Assembly: GCA_031409335.1 (NCBI GenBank)
Contig: JANNWY010000146.1
Coordinates: forward strand, 1-43,627
Direction of reading: 5' to 3'
From: Chthoniobacteraceae bacterium
GTDB taxonomy: Bacteria; Verrucomicrobiota; Verrucomicrobiia; Chthoniobacterales; Chthoniobacteraceae
Length of the DNA: 43,627 nucleotides
The notes under the pieces were generated by a model. The model saw only the letters and a program-made list of their open reading frames with translations, did not search any database and was not told where the DNA came from. A program made the position numbers and the translations under genes. The first letter of the stretch is position 1; each line of letters begins with the position of its first letter. Below, piece after piece: positions 19,014 to 27,323 of this stretch.

Positions 19014-19907
19014 TTACTGGATGGTGACGCCCGCGCCCTGATACGCGATTGGCGCGCCGTTTTTGCGGATGTTCACCGCGCCCTCATCGCGTACTTCGAT
19101 GAAAAAGCGTGGGCCGCGCAGCTTCAGAGCGGGAGCATTCGTGTAGAGAAAATCCTCGAAGATCGGCGTCGAACTCATGTCCCCCGTGCGCACGGTCACC
19201 CACGTTTTCCGCACGGGCTCGATCACGACTTCATTCACCGCGGCAGGCGGCCCATCGGGTGCGGGAGGTTGCGCCTGGGAGATGAATTCGTGATCCGCCG
19301 CCGCCACGTCGTTCAATGTCGCAATCGGCGCTGGTTGAGTCGCCGAAGCGGGCTCGGGCGTGGTGGATTCGATTGGATTTTCCGCGGTCACCGGCTGCGG
19401 TGGCTCCGGTTCCGGCGCGGGGTCTTTGGCAGGTTCAGGAGCAGGACCGGGCGTCGGGATCGGAGCCTCCACCACCGTTTCCGTTGTGGAAATCTGATCC
19501 AGATTTCCGAGCCGCTGCGCATTCAGGTAAAGATAGCCGCCGCCTCCGACGACCACGCACAGAACGACAAATGCGATGAGCGGCGCGAGCGATGGTTTGC
19601 CCGACTTGCGGCGCAGCGCCAGCCGCTCCGGCTGCTTCGCGGGGGCGCTGTTGAGATACTGGTAATCCGAAATGCTGACCGGGCTCGGACTCTCCAGCTC
19701 GCCCACCGCCGCGCTCACATCGACGCCGAGGTATCGCCCATAGATTTGCAGAAAACCTTTCACGTAAGCGTTGTTCGGAAACCGCGTGTAATCGTCGTGC
19801 TCCAGCGCCAGGATTTTGTCCGGGCGCAGCTTCGTCGCATGAGCCACGTCATCGACGGACAGGCCCTGCGCGAGGCGGGCTTGGGAAAGTTTTTGGCCAG
19901 TGGTCAC
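19014..19907 (-). CDS. rodZ: RodZ-like membrane HTH protein
   Basis: N-terminal HTH (GQKLSQAR...LEHDDY...YVKGFLQIY), one TM helix, Pro-rich linker, C-terminal DUF4115-like domain; ftsK-rodZ-rimO neighbourhood. Confidence 0.8.
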   Translation of the reverse strand: MTTGQKLSQARLAQGLSVDDVAHATKLRPDKILALEHDDYTRFPNNAYVKGFLQIYGRYLGVDVSAAVGELESPSPVSISDYQYLNSAPAKQPERLALRRKSGKPSLAPLIAFVVLCVVVGGGGYLYLNAQRLGNLDQISTTETVVEAPIPTPGPAPEPAKDPAPEPEPPQPVTAENPIESTTPEPASATQPAPIATLNDVAAADHEFISQAQPPAPDGPPAAVNEVVIEPVRKTWVTVRTGDMSSTPIFEDFLYTNAPALKLRGPRFFIEVRDEGAVNIRKNGAPIAYQGAGVTIQ

Positions 19908-20129
19908 GGTGATGTTGTCGAATTCGGTTCGCGGAAAGCGGGGCGGATTGTAGCATCACTTTCCAAAGCGCGCGCGAGGGATTTCTGGGGAATGTGCGAT
20001 GTGAATCTGTCATCCGAATTCAACCGACTCTGGGCTGGGATTCACCCGCCGAAAAAATGTCATTCCATATCTTCTATTTCATCCACTCCCGTCATTGTCA
20101 GGCATGGAGCGAGGTGTAATGTCTGCGCT

Positions 20130-20390
20130 ATGACGACGTTGATGATCGAGATTGGGGACGACGACGCACGGCTGGCCGCCGAAAAGGCACGCCGGGCAAA
20201 CCTGACCGTCTCCGAGTGGATCGCGCGCCGCATCGCTGGAAAGAGCCGCATTCGAGCCTCGGGAGTTCGCGATGCGATGGGGTATCCCGCCGGATGGTTT
20301 GAGCGCACGGCGGGATCGCTGGCCGACGTGGAGAATTTCCGCGAGCCCGCCGACCCACCGCCCGCACCTATTGCCCCATTGGATCTCTAG
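20130..20390 (+). CDS. VapB-like (RHH-type) antitoxin, 86 aa
   Basis: MTTLMIEIGDDDARLAAEKARRANLTVSEWI...GYPAGWFERTAGSLAD...EP.D; followed by a PIN-domain start. Confidence 0.7.
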   Translation: MTTLMIEIGDDDARLAAEKARRANLTVSEWIARRIAGKSRIRASGVRDAMGYPAGWFERTAGSLADVENFREPADPPPAPIAPLDL

Positions 20391-20399
20391 CATCGAGGC

Positions 20400-20465
20400 A
20401 TGGCTTGGTTTCTCGATACAAACGCCTTTTCTTGCACCCAACATCAATGCAATCCAAATTTATAG
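20400..20465 (+). pseudogene. Truncated VapC/PIN toxin
   Basis: 9 nt after the antitoxin stop, GAGG precedes ATG. Reads MAWFLDTNA (PIN first strand LDTN), then runs into low-GC DNA and stops at codon 22. Confidence 0.7.
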
Positions 20466-21595
20466 ATGGGACGGAGGTGCCGGCTGTTGTTCAGCTAACA
20501 TTCGGTGAGTTACTAATTGGGGCATTCCTATTACCTCGTCCACTAGTCCAAACCAAAATCCCTCTTCTGCATCGAAAGTAAAATCTGCTGTCTGCAATAA
20601 TCGACACGCAGACATCACATAATACCAAAGACCTCGCAGCTTATTACCTGCGGCGCTTACCAAGAATTGGCGACGCTCTTGTCTATCCAAGTTTTTTGCA
20701 CTTTTCGCATCATCCGTCGTGAGAAAAAGATTTCCATACAGCGCAAGGAGCCGCGCCAATTCCGAACGATGGTTGCCGAAATGATAGTCTCTCAGCAACT
20801 CAAAGTCCGCGATTACCTCCGGCAGTCCATTCTCCGTAAAGCTCCATTCCTTAAGATTTTTCTGCTGCCTCTTTGATGAAAAACTGCGTTGAAAATCTCA
20901 ATATCCCTTTCGCTCTCACAACTTGGCGGTGTCGGAAGTCCATTGAGGTGAGCAACAACAGCTTCTGTCAAATTCCTAATCGAGTCCTGCCTCTGCATTG
21001 CCGCTCGAGCGAGATCTAAAACGTCGTCAAAGATCAGTTCTTTGATTTGCGCGGTTACGATCGGCTCAATATTGGGCCAATCGTCCCCTGCCGGAATTTC
21101 CCTATATTCTGACAATCCTTTACCGATCTGGCCGGACGCCAGGATGATTCGTCCAATGACTTTGTCAGCAAGTCGTAAGGCAAAACGTTCATTTGTGCGC
21201 TGTAAGTCGCTAGCAACCGATCGGGCGCTCTCGGCTGTGACCACTCCGCCGAATGGCCGACGGGTTCCATGATAGACAATCGACGCGGAGGGATATGCGA
21301 TCGCATAGTCGCCGAGCGCAAGGAAATCCGCAGCGGCACTCGCCGCCTCATCGGTAACTACAGTAATAAGTCTTCGCGGAATGCCGTCCTGATCGGGCAT
21401 CCGAATCAGAGTGCGCAACCGATCTGCTGCCACCACATTTCCACCCGGACTATTGATATAAACCGTGATCGGCTCGGTCGATTCACGAAGCGCATGTATC
21501 TGCGGCGTTAGTTGCGCCACAGTTTCAGGCGAAATCTCACCTGTTAGATACAGAGCGCGCTTGTGATTTTCCCGATAATTTGGATCTGGCTTCAA
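20460..21595 (-). pseudogene. ClpP-fold serine protease with large insertion, split by a frameshift into 20813..21595 and 20460..20897
   Basis: Upstream frame: ITVYINSPGG, AASAA (Ser), IVYHG (His). Downstream -1 frame: TADFTFDAEEGFWFGLVDEVI (ClpP Asp region). The two frames overlap at 20813-20897. Confidence 0.75.
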
Positions 21596-21807
21596 ATGGT
21601 CCGCCGCCGAAAGTTTCGTGCCTCTCCATGAAGTGAACCTCTTTCAGAGGCAAGCGGAGGCGGCAACGGATTACGACGCCGAAGAGCTTCGATATATGCT
21701 CCAATGTCACCGCCGTATTCTTCGACGATTTTCTCCATAACCTGTAACAAACGCGCATCAGCGGGCGCGATGGGTTCTTCTTCGAGAAGTGCTGGTTGCG
21801 GATTCAT
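21592..21807 (-). CDS. Hypothetical 71-aa protein coupled to the ClpP-like gene
   Basis: AAGGAG RBS before ATG; TGA overlaps the TTG start of the next gene (TTGA). Confidence 0.65.
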   Translation of the reverse strand: MNPQPALLEEEPIAPADARLLQVMEKIVEEYGGDIGAYIEALRRRNPLPPPLASERGSLHGEARNFRRRTI

Positions 21808-21971
21808 TGGGTATCTCCTTTTTAAGTTTTATAATCGCCAAACGTCAAGGATTCGCAAGGGAAGCAAGGCTCGCGCTTTTTGTCACAAAATCCGTTCTAC
21901 AATGGTTCATCTGAGAAGCAGTTACAAAGCGGACAACCGCAGAACTTAGGATTACGCTCTGCGGACGCTCA

Positions 21972-24518
21972 TCAGAGAGCATCCAAATCGCGCAGGATTT
22001 CACGCGGTTTCGCTCCCTCTCCGGCGGCGACGTAGCCGCGGGCTTCGAGGATGTCGAGGATGCGGGCGGCGCGGGTGTAGCCGAGGCGGAGGCGGCGTTG
22101 GAAGAGGGAGGTGCTGGCTTTCTTTTCCTGGCGCATCACTTCGATGCATTTCTCGACCAGCTCTTCGTCTTCGCCGCTGACTTCCTCTTCATCGCCAGCG
22201 CCCGCACTTTGCAGGCGCTCGTGGATGGCGGGCTCGAAGGATGAGCCGCCTTGTTTGGTGGCGTGTTCGACGAGGCGGTGGACTTCTTCGTCGGTGACGA
22301 GGACGCCTTGGGCGCGGGTCATGCGCGAGGTGCCGGGCGGGCGGTAGAGCATGTCCCCCTGGCCGAGCAGGCGCTCGGCTCCGTTTTCGTCGAGGATGAC
22401 TCGGGAATCCAGCGGTGAAGCGACTTGGAAGGCGATGCGGCAGGGGACGTTGGCTTTGATGACGCCGGTGATGACATCCGCGCGCGGGGTCTGCGTGGCG
22501 AGGATCATGTGGATGCCGGCGGCGCGCGCTTTTTGGGTGATGCGGGCGATGGCGCTTTCCACGTCGGCGGGCGCGGTCTGCATTAGGTCGGCGAGCTCGT
22601 CCACGATGATGACGATGAACGGCATCCGGTCGGGGACGATGAGTTCCTCGGCTTCGCGCGGGACGTTGATTCTTGGTTTCTCATCCACGACAAACAGCTC
22701 GTTTTCCTCCATCGCGCTGAAGTCGATCTCCAGCGGCTCGGACTTTGGCGGCGCGGGGATGAGCACGGGCGCGGGGGTGTGCGTGATGGCAGGGCCCGCC
22801 GCTTTCGCCTCATCGAGCCCGTCGTCCATCACTCCATCCTTGGCACGTTCCGCGTTGAGTTGCGCCTGCGTCTTGGGACGCGGGCGGTCGTTGAAGCTGC
22901 CGATATTGCGCACGCCGGTTTTGGCGAAAATCGTGTAGCGCTTTTCCATCTCATCCACCGCCCAGCGCAGCGCGAGCAGCACTTTTTTCGGATCGGTGAC
23001 GACGGGGACGACGAGGTGCGGCAGGGTGTTGTACATCTGCATCTCGACGACTTTCGGGTCGATCATGATGAGCCGCAGATCCTCGGGGGTGAAGCGGTAG
23101 AGAATGCTCGCGATGATCGCGTTGATACACACGCTTTTGCCCGAGCCGGTGGTGCCGGCGACGAGCCCGTGCGGCATCGCGGCGAGATCGCCGATGATCG
23201 TTTTTCCATACACGTCCTTGCCGAGCGCGACGGGGATTTTTGCTTTGCTGTGAACAAACTCGTCGGACTCCAGCAACTCGCGCAGCGTCACTTTTTGCTT
23301 CTTGGAATTGGCGATTTCGATGCCCACGGTGTCCTTGCCGGGGATGGGCGCGAGCGTGTTGATGCGTTCGGCGCGGGTGGCGCGGGCGATGTCGCGTTCG
23401 AGCGAGACGATCTTGTCCACGCGCACGCCATTTGCCGGATACACCTCGTAGCGCGTGATGGTCGGGCCGCGCGTGATGTCGCCGCGCGTCACCACGATTC
23501 CGAATTGCGCGAGCGTCTCGATGATCGTCTCCTGGATCGCCAGCAATTCCTCGGGCTTCGCGGTTTCTCGATTCTCCAGATCGACCGGATCGAGCAAGTC
23601 GAGCGTGGGCAGTGCGTAGTTTTCGCAAGAGATCGAAGTGAGCGGCTGGAACTGATTCTTCTTCGCCTTTTTCGGTTCGGGGGAAAGTGCGTTGCTATCG
23701 ATGATCTGCGGCGCGGGGCGCAGCACCAGCACGTCGTCTTCCGCCACGAGCTTGAATTCCTCTTCGCGAGCTGCCACCGGCGCATCGGCATCCGCGGGCG
23801 CGGCATCAGTGGGAAGGGCGACGCCTTTTTTGGTGAGCGTCCGCTCGATCTTCTTCCGCTCCTTTGCCATCCGCTCGGCTTCGAGCGCGAGTTTTTCCTG
23901 CTCATTGGCGCGCTCCATTTTCCACGCGAGCCGTCGCGCCTCCCAGACGCCGGGGAGCGCGATGGCGCGGCGCATGAGTTCGATCGGATGCAGGCCGGTC
24001 ATCAGGATCAAGGTGACGACGTAAGCGAGGCCGAGCACGAGCACGGCGCCGACGATCCCGAGCATTTTCCTGAAAAGATTTTCGCCCAGCCATTTGCCGA
24101 TCCAGCCGCCTTCCCCGGCGAGATTCAGCGGCGCGGCGTCGATCATCCCGAGCTGGAGCAACTGCGCGAGGCACGCACCGGAAAGCACGAATCCCGCAAA
24201 CCAAAGCAGCCGTCGCGAAACCACGACTTGAGGATTCATCAGCTTCACACCGCCAAAGCCGAGCAGCGCTGCCGCAAAAAGATAAGCCGCGGCGCCGAGA
24301 AAAGAGTAGAGCGTGCAGGCGATGATCGCGCCAAATGGGCCGATGAAATTTGCGGTGCCGCGACCGGCGCGCGACACGGAGCTGAGCGGGAACCACGTCG
24401 GCACATCGCCCGGCGCGTAGGAGATCAGCGAGAGGAAGACGAGCGCCCCAAAAACCAGCAGCGAGAGCGCGACGATTTCGTTGGTCGTGTGGTTCGATTG
24501 GTCCGGGGTGCGCGCCAT
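21972..24518 (-). CDS. ftsK: DNA translocase FtsK
   Basis: N-terminal TM domain, GPTITRYE, AGTTGSGKS, IVDELADLM, LLGQGDML, gamma domain STSLFQRRLRLGYTRAAR. Confidence 0.96.
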   Translation of the reverse strand: MARTPDQSNHTTNEIVALSLLVFGALVFLSLISYAPGDVPTWFPLSSVSRAGRGTANFIGPFGAIIACTLYSFLGAAAYLFAAALLGFGGVKLMNPQVVVSRRLLWFAGFVLSGACLAQLLQLGMIDAAPLNLAGEGGWIGKWLGENLFRKMLGIVGAVLVLGLAYVVTLILMTGLHPIELMRRAIALPGVWEARRLAWKMERANEQEKLALEAERMAKERKKIERTLTKKGVALPTDAAPADADAPVAAREEEFKLVAEDDVLVLRPAPQIIDSNALSPEPKKAKKNQFQPLTSISCENYALPTLDLLDPVDLENRETAKPEELLAIQETIIETLAQFGIVVTRGDITRGPTITRYEVYPANGVRVDKIVSLERDIARATRAERINTLAPIPGKDTVGIEIANSKKQKVTLRELLESDEFVHSKAKIPVALGKDVYGKTIIGDLAAMPHGLVAGTTGSGKSVCINAIIASILYRFTPEDLRLIMIDPKVVEMQMYNTLPHLVVPVVTDPKKVLLALRWAVDEMEKRYTIFAKTGVRNIGSFNDRPRPKTQAQLNAERAKDGVMDDGLDEAKAAGPAITHTPAPVLIPAPPKSEPLEIDFSAMEENELFVVDEKPRINVPREAEELIVPDRMPFIVIIVDELADLMQTAPADVESAIARITQKARAAGIHMILATQTPRADVITGVIKANVPCRIAFQVASPLDSRVILDENGAERLLGQGDMLYRPPGTSRMTRAQGVLVTDEEVHRLVEHATKQGGSSFEPAIHERLQSAGAGDEEEVSGEDEELVEKCIEVMRQEKKASTSLFQRRLRLGYTRAARILDILEARGYVAAGEGAKPREILRDLDAL

Positions 24519-24603
24519 GGCGCGGGATTGTAGTCGCTTCGGTCGGTCTTTCAATGCGGGTGGTGAGTGGTGGTGCGGCGAGATTGCGCGGCGGGTGACG
24601 GGT

Positions 24604-25989
24604 TCAAACGTGGATCGCGTGGCCTGCCGCGACTTCCACCGCTTCCTTCACGCCTTCGCTCAGGGTCGGATGCGCGTGGATGGTCGCTTCGATTTCCTCC
24701 CACGTCGCTTCCAGCGTGATGGCAAGGCCGAGTTCGGCGATCATCTCGGTCGCTTCCGGGCCGATGATGTGGGCGCCGAGGATTTCGCCGTGCGGTTCGC
24801 CGATCAGCACTTTCACAAAACCCTCGCTCTCGCCGATCGCGCGGGCTTTGCCGCTGGCCATGAAGGGGAATTTGCCGACTTTGAATTTCTTCCCGGCTTC
24901 CTTCGCCGCGCGCTCGGTGAGGCCGACGCTGGCAACTTGCGGGTGGCAGTAGGTGCAGCCGGGGAAGATCGTGACTTTCTTCGGTTTGAACTTCGCGTCG
25001 CACATCCCCTCGACCGCCTGCACCGCCTCAAAGCTCGCGACGTGCGCGAGCCATGGCGGCCCGATGATGTCGCCCGCCGCGAAGACGCCGGGGACGCTCG
25101 TCTGATAGCGATCGTTCGTTTGCAGATAGCCTTTCACCAGCTCGAATTTCAGCGCGCCGCCCGGCAGCAGCGGCTGGATGCCGATCGCCACGAGCACCAT
25201 GTCCGCTTCGATCACTTTCTCCGCGCCCTTCGGATCGGCGACGGTGATCTTCACGCCCTGGTCACTCACCTCCGTCTTCGTCGTCTTGTGGCCGAGCAGC
25301 GCCGTGATGCCCTGCTTCGCGAACGACTTCTCCAGCGCCTGCGAAACCTCCGTATCCTCGACCGGCAGCAGATTCGGCAGCATCTCGACGACCGTCACTT
25401 TCGTCCCGAACGCATTGAAGAAATACGCGAACTCCACGCCGATCGCGCCCGCGCCGATGATCACGATGCTCTTCGGCTGCGCCGTAAGTTGCAGCGCTTC
25501 CTTCGATCCGATCACCGTCCCGCCGTTGAAATCCAGCCCCGGCAGTGGCCGCGACACGCAGCCCGTCGCGATCAGGATGTTTTTCGCGGTGTGCGTCTCC
25601 ACTTTTCCATCGGGCAGCGCCACCTTCACCTCGCCCGCCTTGTCGAGCGACGCGTCGCCTTTGATCGAGTCGATTTTGTTCTTCTTAAAAAGATAGTCCA
25701 CGCCCGCCGCGCCTTTGTCCGAGACGACTCGTGAGCGTTTGATGATCGCACTCCAGTCGTATTCGAGGCCCGCGATCTTGAAGCCAAACTCCGCCGCGCG
25801 GTGCTTCATCGTGTGAAAAATCTCGGCGTTCTTGAGCAGCGCCTTCGTCGGGATGCAGCCCCAGTTGTTGCAAGTCCCGCCGCCGCGCTCCTTCTCCACA
25901 CACGCCACTTTCTTGCCGAGTTGAGCCGCTTTGATGGCCGCGACGTAACCCGCGGGTCCGGCGCCGATGACGATGAGATCGTAGTTCAT
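24604..25989 (-). CDS. lpdA: Dihydrolipoamide dehydrogenase
   Basis: GAGPAGY, GGTCNNWGCIP, GAGAIGVE, HAHPTLSE. Confidence 0.96.
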   Translation of the reverse strand: MNYDLIVIGAGPAGYVAAIKAAQLGKKVACVEKERGGGTCNNWGCIPTKALLKNAEIFHTMKHRAAEFGFKIAGLEYDWSAIIKRSRVVSDKGAAGVDYLFKKNKIDSIKGDASLDKAGEVKVALPDGKVETHTAKNILIATGCVSRPLPGLDFNGGTVIGSKEALQLTAQPKSIVIIGAGAIGVEFAYFFNAFGTKVTVVEMLPNLLPVEDTEVSQALEKSFAKQGITALLGHKTTKTEVSDQGVKITVADPKGAEKVIEADMVLVAIGIQPLLPGGALKFELVKGYLQTNDRYQTSVPGVFAAGDIIGPPWLAHVASFEAVQAVEGMCDAKFKPKKVTIFPGCTYCHPQVASVGLTERAAKEAGKKFKVGKFPFMASGKARAIGESEGFVKVLIGEPHGEILGAHIIGPEATEMIAELGLAITLEATWEEIEATIHAHPTLSEGVKEAVEVAAGHAIHV

Positions 25990-26078
25990 TGGAAAAATGT
26001 AAGGCGTGAAAGTGCGGGCGGGTGCGCCATCGCGTCAAAAGGTTTCCGCGCAGCGCCGTCTCGTATCTACTCGCCGCA

Positions 26079-26834
26079 ATGAAATTTTTCCTATGCCTGG
26101 CGCTTTCGCTCACCGCGCTGTTTGCCGCGCAGGCCCGCCCGTTCGATCTGCGTCGCGACACGTTCGCTTTTTCAAATGACACCGCGTGGAAATACGGCGT
26201 GGACGAGGCGGGAAAGCTGCACATTTCCTCGCGCGAAAAGCCCGCGGAATTCGCGCATCGCTGCTTCGTCCTCACGCGCGCCGTGCTGCAGTTTCAGCAA
26301 TTCGCGCGCTTTGCCCCAGAGCAACCGAAGATTTCGCGCGAGGAATATCGGCGGCGGGTGCGCGCGATCTGCCGCATCGCCGTGTGGAGCAGCGGACCGC
26401 GCGCCCGCATCGTGATTCCGGGCTTTCGCGATCTGCGCAGCTTCAGCATCGCTTACGAGGGGATGCTGAAAGAGAGCCTTGGCAACTGGCTGCCAAGCTA
26501 TTTTCGCGTGGGAAACTGGCGGCTCATCATGGGCCACCCGCGCGCCGGCCAGGCAAAGGTCGCGCACTGGCTGGCGGCCTCGCTCGACGCGGGCCGCCTC
26601 CGCGCGCTCTACCTCTCGCGCTTCCCGCACATGAATCACGCCGTGATCGTCTATCGCCTGCACCGCGAGCCCGGTGGCGATCTGCACTTCGCCGTCTATG
26701 ATCCGAACTACCCCGCCGCGCCGACTTCACTGCGCTACGTCGCCGCGCGCCGCAGCTTCGATTTCGACAAGCGCTGGTACTTTCCCGGCGGGCAGGTGAA
26801 CGCGATGCGCATCTACATCTCGCCGCTGCACTGA
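26079..26834 (+). CDS. Secreted hypothetical protein, possible papain-like fold
   Basis: Signal peptide; HRCFVL, NHAVIVY and VYDPN in Cys-His-Asp order. Confidence 0.7.
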   Translation: MKFFLCLALSLTALFAAQARPFDLRRDTFAFSNDTAWKYGVDEAGKLHISSREKPAEFAHRCFVLTRAVLQFQQFARFAPEQPKISREEYRRRVRAICRIAVWSSGPRARIVIPGFRDLRSFSIAYEGMLKESLGNWLPSYFRVGNWRLIMGHPRAGQAKVAHWLAASLDAGRLRALYLSRFPHMNHAVIVYRLHREPGGDLHFAVYDPNYPAAPTSLRYVAARRSFDFDKRWYFPGGQVNAMRIYISPLH

Positions 26835-27305
26835 CTACTTCTTCTTATCCGGCCGCCCGCGACTGACTGGCTTGGCCGGCACGATCAGATTCCCATTGGC
26901 ATCGTAGGAGTCCATCTTCGTCACTTTCCGCCCGCCGGCGCTGTAGGTGTAAACCCGGCGACCCAGCGACTGGCCGGCCATTGAGATGTAGGATTCGCCG
27001 ATGATCCGGTCCGCGCCATCGCGCTGGTATTCGGCCTTGTAAAGCGCCTTCCCCTTCCCATCGAAAAACGTCGCGACGTATGGCTGTCCGCGATCGTCGA
27101 GCTGATACAGCGTCTTGCTAAAGATATTGCCCTTTTTGTCCTCAATCCTTTCCTCCGAGGTGCGCATTTCAGGATTCACGATCGTGCTCTTGTGTCGCCC
27201 GTCGGTCAGCATCGTGACAGTCACTTTGATCGCACCATCGGTGGAAGACTGCGCGTTCGCGAATTGCGCGAGCGCGAGCAGGAGCAGCGTGGTGAGGATT
27301 TTCAT
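26835..27305 (-). CDS. Secreted hypothetical protein with YD-like beta-hairpin repeats
   Basis: Signal peptide; YQLDDRG, FDGKG, YQRDGAD, YDANGN. Confidence 0.75.
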   Translation of the reverse strand: MKILTTLLLLALAQFANAQSSTDGAIKVTVTMLTDGRHKSTIVNPEMRTSEERIEDKKGNIFSKTLYQLDDRGQPYVATFFDGKGKALYKAEYQRDGADRIIGESYISMAGQSLGRRVYTYSAGGRKVTKMDSYDANGNLIVPAKPVSRGRPDKKK

Positions 27306-27323
27306 GGCGGATTTTTAGATGAG

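Noticed and set aside
19955..19990. Possible relic of the ftsK 3' end upstream of rodZ
   Set aside because: Only short gapped similarity; translation does not match
18981..20129. 469-aa ORF 18981..20390 as a single gene
   Set aside because: Mostly antisense to rodZ; only the last 86 aa from ATG 20130 look like a real protein
20855..20890. Programmed -1 ribosomal frameshift signal in the ClpP-like gene
   Set aside because: No in-frame X_XXY_YYZ heptamer or clear downstream stem, only short T5/A5 runs
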